From contig NC_016070.1 of the NCBI RefSeq assembly GCF_000253055.1, positions 720,001 through 752,000 of the forward strand: DNA of 32,000 nt, in the 5' to 3' direction. The first letter of the stretch is position 1. Every line of letters starts with the position of its first letter. Below the pieces are notes generated by a model that was not told the origin of the DNA, ran no database searches, and was given only the letters and a program-made list of their open reading frames with translations. Both the position numbers and the translations under genes were made by a program. Below, in pieces: positions 16,524 through 24,700 of the stretch. The stretch comes from Thermoproteus tenax Kra 1. Its GTDB lineage: Archaea > Thermoproteota > Thermoprotei > Thermoproteales > Thermoproteaceae.

Positions 16524-19316
16524 ATGGTGCCCGCTAGAGAAGACAAAAATATAGGAGCAAAAACCGCCGTGGCCTTCGGCTTGTTACACCCCAAGCTTAG
16601 GGAAGTTTTGGACGAGTTGGGCTACAGAGAGCCCACCGCGATCCAGAGCGCCGCCATACCCGCCGTGCTGTCTGGCGATCACGTCTTAATCGTCGCGCCG
16701 ACAGGCTCCGGCAAGACTGAGACAGCGATACTGCCCCTCTTCTCTAGAATGTTAGACGAGAGGATAAAGCAGTGTACACAGCTTCTATATATCACTCCGT
16801 TGAGGGCCCTCAATAGAGATCTTCTCAGGAGGATCTCGGCAATAGCTGAGAGGATTGGGCTTTCTGTTGGAGTCAGACACAGCGACACTACCGAGGCCGC
16901 TAGAAAGCAGTTGTACAAGTCGCCTCCCCACGTATTGATAACTACGCCCGAATCGCTCCAGATTCTATTGCTCAACAGATCTTTGAGGAGCTCTCTGAGG
17001 TGTATCCGCGCCGTCGTTGTGGACGAGGTTCACGAGCTTGTTGAGAACAAAAGAGGCGTTCAACTGGCCTTGGGCCTAGAGAGGTTAGTCGAACTAGCGG
17101 GCGAGTTCCAACGGATCGGGCTCTCGGCCACCGTGGGAAACCCAGAGCTAGTGGCAAGCTTTCTCGGCGGATCTAACAGGCGCGTGCGCGTGATCAATGC
17201 GACGTCTTTCAAGGCATACGAAATCGATGTAGTAGCGCCCTCGCCCTCAGAGGACGACTACGCTGACGCAGATAAGTACGACGTAACTCCCGAGACTCTA
17301 GCGCGTATTAGATATATCGCCGATGTAATCAAGAGAACAAAGGGCAGCGTCCTCATTTTTACAAACACTAGGGATGGGGCTGAGTTCTTGGCGGCGAAGC
17401 TCAGAGCCTTGATAGGAGATACAGTGGAGGTTCACCACTCGTCTCTTTCAAGAGACCACAGGCTCTCAGTTGAGGAGAGACTAAAGTCGGGCGCTCTGAG
17501 GGCCGTAATAGCTACGTCGAGCTTAGAGCTCGGCATAGATATTGGCCACATAGATCTAGTGATCCAGTATAATTCCCCTAGACAAGTAATCAGGATAGTC
17601 CAACGCGTCGGCCGAAGCGGGCACAAGCTCGGCGCCGTCTCGCGGGGGCTTATAGTAGCCTCAGATTTAGAGGACCTCTTAGAGTCGGAGGTGATAGCTG
17701 AGCGGGCGACCAAAGGCGAGCTCGAGAGAGATCTCGAGTATCACAGAGCCGCCTTAGACGTGCTCTTGCACCAGATAGTGGGAATGGCTCTGGAGGCCAA
17801 GCTCGACGGCAGATCCTTGGCGCTCGAGGACGTGATGCGCATCATCAAAAGGGCTCATCCATACTCCGATGTAACGCCCGAGGACCTAGGGCTCGTGTTA
17901 AACTTCGCGGCTCGGCACAAGCTCTTGGATGGGCTGAGACCCAGAAGGGGGGCTCTCAAGTATTACTTCGACAATGTGTCGACCATACCTGACGAGAAAA
18001 GCTACAAAGCCGTAGATCAGACCACTGGAAAGATAGTGGGAGAGCTTGACAGAGAGTTCGTCTATACAACTGAGCCGGGCACCAAGATTATCTTGTCGGG
18101 GAGAGCTTGGATAATATCCAAGGTGGAGGGCGGCTCAGTCCTTCTTTATCCGGTCTCAGACTCATCTGGCGCGTTGCCAGGCTGGCTCGGCGAAGAGATA
18201 CCAGTCCCCAGGGAGGTGGCCGATGAAGTATGCAGAAGGAGGGCGGAGGCCTTGAGGGCAGCGCTAAGGGGGGAATATTCTGGGGAGTTCGTGGACACGG
18301 AGGGTCTGTCTGAATCAAATATACCTGGCCCAGGGACTATCAGAGTCCACCTCTTTGGCCGCTACGCAGTGGTGCATGCGTGTATTGGAACTAAGGGCAA
18401 CGAGGCGCTCGGCATGTATCTGTCCCGCCATCTGTCCGCCTATTTGGGGCCCATCGGCTATAGGTCTGACGCCTACCGAGTGCTGTTGATACACAGAGAA
18501 CCGATCCAACAGAAGTACATAGCAGAGGCATTCACAAAGGATCAAGCCTATATATACAAGACATTGATAAACGCCGTCAAGGCCTCTCGTATGTTCAGAT
18601 ATAGGTTCCTGCAAGTCTCACAGAGGGTCGGCCTACTGTCCAGAGATGCCGAGGAGGTGCCCTCAAAGTTAGTCGATGTATACTCCGAGGACCTCCCCGG
18701 CGTTGAGGCATTGAACGAAATATTCACTGAGAAGCTTGACGTCAAATCGTTGTTGGAGCTAATAGAGGGCATTAGATCGGGCAAATATAGGCTTGAAATG
18801 GAGCGGCTGCCGGGGCCCACTTCATTGGACAAGCCGTTGCTTGAGGAGGCGCTACGGGTAGACTTCACTTACAAGGGGCTCTCCCAAGAGGCCGTGAAAG
18901 ACATAGTCCGCCGACGCATATTGAGCAGAGAAACTACCCTCCTTTGCCTCAACTGTGGCTGGATCTTCAGAGGGCGCGCCTCGCTTCTGCCCGAGAGACC
19001 TACGTGTGCCAAGTGCGGAATGCCCACGTTGGCCGTAATTAAGGGCAATTTGGAGCGCGCACTGGAGGTATGGAAGAAGTTTAAAGCCAGGCGCAGATTG
19101 AGCAAAGACGAGGCGAAGCTTATGGACGAGCTGAGGCAGAGCGCTTCTATAGTCATAGAGCATGGAAGACTTGGTATATTGGTGCAACTGGCCCATGGAG
19201 TTGGGCCGAAGACTGCTATAAGAGTCTTGAACAAAGTCTTGGCAGGCGACGATATCTGGGGCGCAATAATTGAGGCAGAGAGACAATATGCGGCCACTAG
19301 GGCCTTTTGGGATTAA
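16524..19316 (+). CDS. Large DEAD/DEAH helicase, Lhr family
   Basis: 930 aa; PTAIQSAAIPAVLSGDHVLIVAPTGSGKTETAILPL (Q and Walker A), VVVDEVHEL, SATVGNPELVASFL, ATSSLELGIDIGHIDLVIQYNSPRQVIRIVQRVGRSGHK; C-terminal CxxC...CxxC (CLNCGW...CAKCGM). Confidence 0.9.
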   Translation: MVPAREDKNIGAKTAVAFGLLHPKLREVLDELGYREPTAIQSAAIPAVLSGDHVLIVAPTGSGKTETAILPLFSRMLDERIKQCTQLLYITPLRALNRDLLRRISAIAERIGLSVGVRHSDTTEAARKQLYKSPPHVLITTPESLQILLLNRSLRSSLRCIRAVVVDEVHELVENKRGVQLALGLERLVELAGEFQRIGLSATVGNPELVASFLGGSNRRVRVINATSFKAYEIDVVAPSPSEDDYADADKYDVTPETLARIRYIADVIKRTKGSVLIFTNTRDGAEFLAAKLRALIGDTVEVHHSSLSRDHRLSVEERLKSGALRAVIATSSLELGIDIGHIDLVIQYNSPRQVIRIVQRVGRSGHKLGAVSRGLIVASDLEDLLESEVIAERATKGELERDLEYHRAALDVLLHQIVGMALEAKLDGRSLALEDVMRIIKRAHPYSDVTPEDLGLVLNFAARHKLLDGLRPRRGALKYYFDNVSTIPDEKSYKAVDQTTGKIVGELDREFVYTTEPGTKIILSGRAWIISKVEGGSVLLYPVSDSSGALPGWLGEEIPVPREVADEVCRRRAEALRAALRGEYSGEFVDTEGLSESNIPGPGTIRVHLFGRYAVVHACIGTKGNEALGMYLSRHLSAYLGPIGYRSDAYRVLLIHREPIQQKYIAEAFTKDQAYIYKTLINAVKASRMFRYRFLQVSQRVGLLSRDAEEVPSKLVDVYSEDLPGVEALNEIFTEKLDVKSLLELIEGIRSGKYRLEMERLPGPTSLDKPLLEEALRVDFTYKGLSQEAVKDIVRRRILSRETTLLCLNCGWIFRGRASLLPERPTCAKCGMPTLAVIKGNLERALEVWKKFKARRRLSKDEAKLMDELRQSASIVIEHGRLGILVQLAHGVGPKTAIRVLNKVLAGDDIWGAIIEAERQYAATRAFWD

Positions 19317-19330
19317 TAAGGGGCGTAGTT

Positions 19331-19669
19331 ATGCTCATGATCTCGATACACACAGACGAGGCGGGGGAGAATACGGCTAGAATAATCGAGGTAGACGGAG
19401 AGGTCGTAGTATCGATGGACACATTCATAGAGGGCGTCGTAGTTCCGCCGGACGCCGAGGTCGTCGAAATAGGGGGTCGATATAAGCTCTATGTCGTGAG
19501 GAGAGACCGGCCCGAGGGCCGCATTGAGTTTCTAGTATATGACAATGGAACAAAAAGACAGCTTATATCAGCTAGATATATTGGGTCTATCAGGGGCGAA
19601 GACGCCGTCAAGCTGTTGAAAGGCCTTCTGGACGCAATAGCCAAGACGTACGATTTATCCAAGATCTGA
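19331..19669 (+). CDS. Hypothetical protein
   Basis: ORF 19307..19669; a start at about 19331 (MLMISIHTDEAGENTARIIEVDGE) avoids overlap with the Lhr stop. Beta-rich soluble small protein, no recognised family. Confidence 0.5.
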   Translation: MLMISIHTDEAGENTARIIEVDGEVVVSMDTFIEGVVVPPDAEVVEIGGRYKLYVVRRDRPEGRIEFLVYDNGTKRQLISARYIGSIRGEDAVKLLKGLLDAIAKTYDLSKI

Positions 19670-19705
19670 TAATTAACATTTAAAAATAACGAGGGACTCT
19701 CCTCC

Positions 19706-20836
19706 ATGGACGCAAAAATATTGGCCGTCGGTCTGATAGTGGGCCTTCTGATAGGCATCGGCATAGGCTATCTATTACATCAACCTTCGCCGACGGCTGT
19801 TACTACTCCGATCACCACTACGGCCGCGCCAAGCACGCCTGCAACGTTCTCTGTGGGGGCCGCAGGCACTCTCAAGTTTTCATTCAACGATCTATTAAAG
19901 CTCTACTCTCGACTGTACCCAAATATACCGACAGGCCAGCCGCTCTATGAGGGCAGTGGAAAACTGGCACAAGACGAGGCGACGAGCAAACAGTTCAGCT
20001 TTGTGGCGTCGGCTGACACAACCACTATACCTGCGGTTCTCTTCAAAGACAATCTGACGGACTACGAAGTCGCGTTTGGCGTCACTCAGGTGGTTATAAT
20101 CGTCAACTTGAACACGACTGCGGGCAGAGAGGTATACGAGCTCTGGAGACAAGCCCAGAGCTTGCAGCCCTTGTCCGCCCAGTGGAACTCGACGTGGAGA
20201 CAGATCTTTGCCATAATAGCTCTCAACTCCAGCACGGCCGTCGGCGTGTCCGACCCCTTCACCGACCCATCCGGCTATCAGGCCATGTGCATGCTTAAGT
20301 TGGCTGGTCTAACCTTCTTCGGGAACTCGGACCTCCTGTTTGATGCAATATATAGGAATCCTTCGAAGTATTTCATGAGGACTACCGAGGTGGATCTATT
20401 GTCCTTAATGCCAGGGGGCCAGATCCAGTTTATTTTATCCGCGTATCAGTCTAACGCCATTCCTCAAGTCAAGGAGTACCGCGGGCTTACATATATCACG
20501 CTTCCGCCTCAGATAAACTTAGGGTCTCTAAATTATACAGACTACTACCACAGCGTGAGCGTAACTTGGACCGAGGCCGGTAAGACGAAGACCTTCGCGT
20601 GCAATCCCGTGATATACACGTTCACAATACCGAGGACAGCGCCTAATCCGGAGGCGGCTGTTTACTTTGCCTTGCTCATCTTCAGCCCACAGGGACAGAA
20701 AGTGCTTAGAAGCTACGGAATAGACCCCATAAGCCCTGGGATCGTCTACGGCAATATTTCAGATGTGCCAACTCCGTTGAGACCCTTTGTGGTTTCTCTG
20801 TCGCAAGTGCCTCAATACTCCTCGGCATTTCCCTAA
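19706..20836 (+). CDS. ABC transporter substrate-binding protein, tungstate/molybdate (WtpA-like)
   Basis: 376 aa; N-terminal TM/signal, PLYEGSGKLAQDEATSKQFSFVASADTTTIPAVLFKDNLTDYEVAFGVTQVVIIVN matches the oxyanion-binding layout. Confidence 0.75.
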   Translation: MDAKILAVGLIVGLLIGIGIGYLLHQPSPTAVTTPITTTAAPSTPATFSVGAAGTLKFSFNDLLKLYSRLYPNIPTGQPLYEGSGKLAQDEATSKQFSFVASADTTTIPAVLFKDNLTDYEVAFGVTQVVIIVNLNTTAGREVYELWRQAQSLQPLSAQWNSTWRQIFAIIALNSSTAVGVSDPFTDPSGYQAMCMLKLAGLTFFGNSDLLFDAIYRNPSKYFMRTTEVDLLSLMPGGQIQFILSAYQSNAIPQVKEYRGLTYITLPPQINLGSLNYTDYYHSVSVTWTEAGKTKTFACNPVIYTFTIPRTAPNPEAAVYFALLIFSPQGQKVLRSYGIDPISPGIVYGNISDVPTPLRPFVVSLSQVPQYSSAFP

Positions 20837-21630
20837 TGTTTAAAATTTTTTTAGTAATTTTATTTCTTATATTGTTTTTCTTTTTCATCTATCCTATAAT
20901 TCTCCTTATATATATTGCCCTCCCTGGACTTGAGGGTGCATTGCTCACTAAGTCTTTCCTAGAGTCCTTTGGCTTAACCGTACTTATATCCAGTGCAGCC
21001 TCGCTCGTGGCCGTGGTACTAGGGGTTCCCACAGCCTATATACTCACTAGATATAACTTTCCGCTTAAACAAATAGTTGATGCCCTTATGGACATACCAA
21101 TCGTTATCCCCCACACCGTGGTTGGCATAATGGTCATCCTGGCGTTCGCAGACTATGGGCTGGGGCCCTACCTTAACTCGCTCGGCCTCAAGATAATAGA
21201 TGCCATCCCGGGCGCCATTATAGCAGTGTCTTATCTATCGGCGACATATGCCCTTAGGAGTATACAGAGTGCGCTCAGGCTGTTGGACCCAGAGTTAGAA
21301 AACGTGGCGCGAACTTTAGGCGCAAGCCCGCTCAGATCGTTCCTCTATGTGGTTCTGCCGAATATAAGTGGCGCGATCGCCGACGGTGCGCTCCTTTCTT
21401 GGGCCAGGTCAGTCTCAGAGTCGGGGGCTCTGTTGGTGGTGGCCTACTATGTGATCCTGGGTACTCGCTCGATTTATCCGGCCTCGATATACATATATCA
21501 GTCCTACATCGGCGTCGGTCTCGCAGATGCGGTGAAGTTCTCGGCCGCGCTTGTCCTCATAGTCATCTCTATATTTTTGGCATATAGGGCTCTCTTGGGC
21601 CATGTTAGAGCTAAGGGGGCTAAGGGCTAA
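20836..21630 (+). CDS. ABC transporter permease, tungstate/molybdate type (WtpB/ModB-like)
   Basis: 264 aa polytopic; GVPTAYILTRYNFPLKQIVDALMDIPIVIPHTVVGIM, EAA-like loop ENVARTLGASPLRSFLYVVLPNISGAI. TAATG stop/start overlap with the upstream gene. Confidence 0.85.
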   Translation: MFKIFLVILFLILFFFFIYPIILLIYIALPGLEGALLTKSFLESFGLTVLISSAASLVAVVLGVPTAYILTRYNFPLKQIVDALMDIPIVIPHTVVGIMVILAFADYGLGPYLNSLGLKIIDAIPGAIIAVSYLSATYALRSIQSALRLLDPELENVARTLGASPLRSFLYVVLPNISGAIADGALLSWARSVSESGALLVVAYYVILGTRSIYPASIYIYQSYIGVGLADAVKFSAALVLIVISIFLAYRALLGHVRAKGAKG

Positions 21631-22516
21631 GGTCGGCGACTTCTCGCTGGGTCCTATCGATCTAAGCGTTGAGAGCAAGTACTTAGTCGTGATGGGCCCC
21701 AACGGCTCGGGCAAGACTACATTGCTGAAGTCAATAGCTGGACTCATCAGAAGCGAGGGCTCGGTGTTGTTGGACGGAGAGGACATCTCTAAGCTTCCGC
21801 CCGAGAGGAGGGGGATAGCATACGTTCCGCAATCTTACAGTCTCTTCAACAACATGACGGTTTACGCCAATATAGAGTTCGGCTTGAAGATGCGTGGAGT
21901 GCCGCGTCGCGAGAGGCGGAGGCTAGTTGTCGATATAGCGGAGCGTTTGGGCATAGACGATTTCTTAGATAAAAAGCCGACTGAGCTTTCCGGTGGACAA
22001 AAACAGCGAGTGGCTCTGGCGAGGGCCCTCGTCGTAAGGCCCCGCTTGTTGTTGTTGGATGAGCCTATGTCAAATCTCGATGTAGGCGTTCGAGAGGATG
22101 CGTTGTTAATTCTGAGAACCATACAGAGGGAGTACGGAACGCCCGTGCTACACGTGACGCATGATCGAGAGGAGGCCTACGCTCTAGCTGAACAACTAGC
22201 AGTCATGTACGGAGGCAGGATAGTCGAAGTCGGAAGGCCCGAAGATCTGTACTCAAGGCCCCGGCACGCGATAACAGCCCAACTAGTTGGGTTTTACGTG
22301 CTCAGGTCTGGCGATAAGTGTATCGGCGTTAGGCCCAACGGCGTTATTGTTGGCTCTGGCTCGCTGAGGGGGCGGGTGCTCGACGTAATAAGGGGGAATG
22401 ATAGGATGAGGGCTATAATCGAGGTGGACGGCCAACGCATTTCCGCATACATCCACAGCGATATAAGAGGTGAGATAACTCTAGATATAATTGATCCATT
22501 AATATTAAATTGTTAA
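21602..22516 (+). CDS. ABC transporter ATP-binding protein, tungstate/molybdate (WtpC/ModC-like)
   Basis: 304 aa; VMGPNGSGKTTLLKSIAG, YVPQSYSLFNNMTVYANI, LSGGQKQRVALARALVVRPRLLLLDEPMSNLD; C-terminal TOBE-like tail. Confidence 0.88.
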   Translation: MLELRGLRAKVGDFSLGPIDLSVESKYLVVMGPNGSGKTTLLKSIAGLIRSEGSVLLDGEDISKLPPERRGIAYVPQSYSLFNNMTVYANIEFGLKMRGVPRRERRRLVVDIAERLGIDDFLDKKPTELSGGQKQRVALARALVVRPRLLLLDEPMSNLDVGVREDALLILRTIQREYGTPVLHVTHDREEAYALAEQLAVMYGGRIVEVGRPEDLYSRPRHAITAQLVGFYVLRSGDKCIGVRPNGVIVGSGSLRGRVLDVIRGNDRMRAIIEVDGQRISAYIHSDIRGEITLDIIDPLILNC

Positions 22517-22725
22517 CTAATAAATAATAAAGAAAATAATATTAGCGCTTGAATTAATATTAAGATTAGTATTACTACTATTTCATCTTTTTTAATACAT
22601 TGTAGTATACGCTTTCCACACCCCGGAGTTTTTGCGACAAATATAATATATGTGACAAAGACGATCAGAGAGTACGCGGCCAATGCGCCCACGAGCGCAA
22701 GCATGAGCCACTCGCGCATGGCCAA
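22513..22725 (-). CDS. Small two-TM membrane protein, hypothetical
   Basis: 70 aa; two hydrophobic helices flanking KTPGCGKRILQCIKKDE; convergent with and 4 nt overlapping the ABC ATPase stop. Weak evidence. Confidence 0.35.
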   Translation of the reverse strand: MAMREWLMLALVGALAAYSLIVFVTYIIFVAKTPGCGKRILQCIKKDEIVVILILILIQALILFSLLFIS

Positions 22726-22935
22726 CCTATAGGATCATTTTAAATCTGGGGTTTGCCCATTCGCCCCCTTTCAAAGAGCGGCGCCCCGGCCCTCCCCCGG
22801 GGTCAGATTTTTGGCCCGCCCCCGCCAGACGCCGCGAGGGCGGGGCGGAGGCGAGAGGGGCACGGCCGTGCCCCGGCGCACGGGCGCGGCTGATCGGCCG
22901 TACCCCCAGGGCCGGGGATGTGGCTGACAGTACGA

Positions 22936-23196
22936 ACAGCAAGCCCCGCCCTTTAGGATGGGGTAGGTCTTAAGCCATCTATTTTCATGGCAGAGTGGTG
23001 AAGAGGGCAGAGAAGGGCTTAAACAGCAGTGCGCGCCATACGGCGGGTCGGCCTGCGTGTAAGACGGCCCAGGCGGGGGACGCCGCAGTGCCCGCCCCAG
23101 CCGCGGCCCATCAACCCCGAGGAGGGACAGCGGGCGAGGCCCCCACAGTGCGGCCCCCGCATGAGCAGGAAGGGAGCCGTAGAGATAGCATTATTA
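22936..23196 (+). repeat. Dispersed repeat family, copy 3
   Basis: Hairpin ccccgccctttaggatgggg (about 22944-22963), attttcatggcagagtggtgaagagggcagaga, and a core 23061-23166 identical (inverted) to 16108-16213. Confidence 0.85.
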
Positions 23197-23254
23197 AATA
23201 GCTTTAATAAAGTAAAATAATTTTTGAAAAATTTTTAATTAATATTATATATTT

Positions 23255-24607
23255 TTAGCTAGATACTATTCTAATTATAGTTCTGATTACATCCTCAGGG
23301 TCTTTTCCAAGCACAGTGATCATGGGCTCTTTGCCCCAATCTCCTAAGTCGACAATGATATCGGGGACTCCGCCCACTTGTCTCACTGACTCCTCAACTA
23401 TCCACTGCATAGTGCCGCCTTCTTTCTCCTTTACCTCCTTCGGCTCATTTCTTCTGTCGATGATCGCCACCTTATATCCAGCCCTCTTGGCGCGCTCTAT
23501 GAAGCCCTCGTCGAACCTTATGTTCATGGCGGCACGCTTCTGCGGATCGTGTCTCACAGCTGCAAGGATCTTCCTCGCCACGTGATCGCTTGCGCCAAAT
23601 GTGGGCGGACCTGAGGGCCTCGCCCTATTCATATATCGCACTATTCTGCCTGGCACGGCCGCCACATCTTCCCGACTCTCGGCGTATCTGGGATCTATCG
23701 CGTAGCCTAGGTTGCTCTGGACCTCGGGTATCAACGGTCCGAAAAGTTCGGCGTATCTATCCAATAAGGACAACGCCTGAGACATGACCTCGTAGACCCT
23801 CCAACGCTCTGCTGGTATCTCGACCCAAGCCGTAGGGTTCACCGGCCAATGCCCCTTGCCTTTAGGAACTCCGTACTTTATCGCCGTATATATGAGCTCC
23901 TTGGCCGTCTTTATGGCCTCAAGGGGCTCTCTGCCTCTGGCCAGTCCGGCCGCTATGGCGGCCGAAAAGGAACAACCGGTGCCGTGAGTCGCTCTATCGT
24001 TCAGTCTGGGAGTTCTGAGCTCGTGGAATGTCCCGCCAATGTACACCACATCTACAGCGTCTTGGACATTCAGATGACCGCCCTTTACTATTACTATATC
24101 GCTCCCAAGCTCTCTGTGGATCTTTTCAGCGGCTCTCTTGGCATCCTCAAGGCTCGATATCTTCATCCCGGTCAGCCTCTCAGCTTCGAATCTATTCGGC
24201 GTGACTATCTTGGCTATGGGCAAGAGCTCTCTGCTCAGAGCGTCCATGGCATCTTCTGAGATCAACGGTGCGCCTGACTTAGCTATCATAACGGGGTCCA
24301 CAACTAGGGGGAAGCCCAGTTTAGAGACCACATCGGCCACCTCCTCAATTATTTCTTTAGTGCCCAACATGCCAGTTTTGGCGGCGTCGATCCCCATGTC
24401 GTCCCACACAGCCATTATCTGCGATCTCACCATCTCGCGCGGCATGCACTGGACAGCTCTGACCTCATATGTGTTCTGAGCTGTGACGCACGTCAGAGCG
24501 GTTGTGCCGTGGACGCCAAGCGCAGCGAACGTCTTTATATCGGCGTGAATTCCAGCGCCACCGCCAGAATCTAGACCGGCTATAGTCATCGCAACTCTCC
24601 AGCTCAT
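23255..24607 (-). CDS. thiD: Bifunctional HMP(-P) kinase ThiD / thiamine-phosphate synthase ThiN
   Basis: 450 aa; AGLDSGGGAGIHADIKTFAALGVHGTTALTCVTAQNT, NDRATHGTGCSFSAAIAAGLA (ThiD) fused to a C-terminal ThiN domain (NLGYAIDPRYAESREDVAAVPGRIVR...GGVPDIIVDLGDWGKEPMITVLG). Confidence 0.88.
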   Translation of the reverse strand: MSWRVAMTIAGLDSGGGAGIHADIKTFAALGVHGTTALTCVTAQNTYEVRAVQCMPREMVRSQIMAVWDDMGIDAAKTGMLGTKEIIEEVADVVSKLGFPLVVDPVMIAKSGAPLISEDAMDALSRELLPIAKIVTPNRFEAERLTGMKISSLEDAKRAAEKIHRELGSDIVIVKGGHLNVQDAVDVVYIGGTFHELRTPRLNDRATHGTGCSFSAAIAAGLARGREPLEAIKTAKELIYTAIKYGVPKGKGHWPVNPTAWVEIPAERWRVYEVMSQALSLLDRYAELFGPLIPEVQSNLGYAIDPRYAESREDVAAVPGRIVRYMNRARPSGPPTFGASDHVARKILAAVRHDPQKRAAMNIRFDEGFIERAKRAGYKVAIIDRRNEPKEVKEKEGGTMQWIVEESVRQVGGVPDIIVDLGDWGKEPMITVLGKDPEDVIRTIIRIVSS

Positions 24608-24700
24608 AAATTGTCGATTGTTATTCCATAAAAAATATATTACGACGCGAGAACGCTTAAAATCAACAAAATTTTATATTAGGCTCATGCAGGGGATCGC

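Noticed and set aside
22995-23220. ORFs MVKRAEKGLNSSARHTAG... and MRAIRRVGLRV... inside repeat copy 3
   Set aside because: Reading frame is not conserved across the three repeat copies, so they are more likely part of a repeat element than genuine genes.
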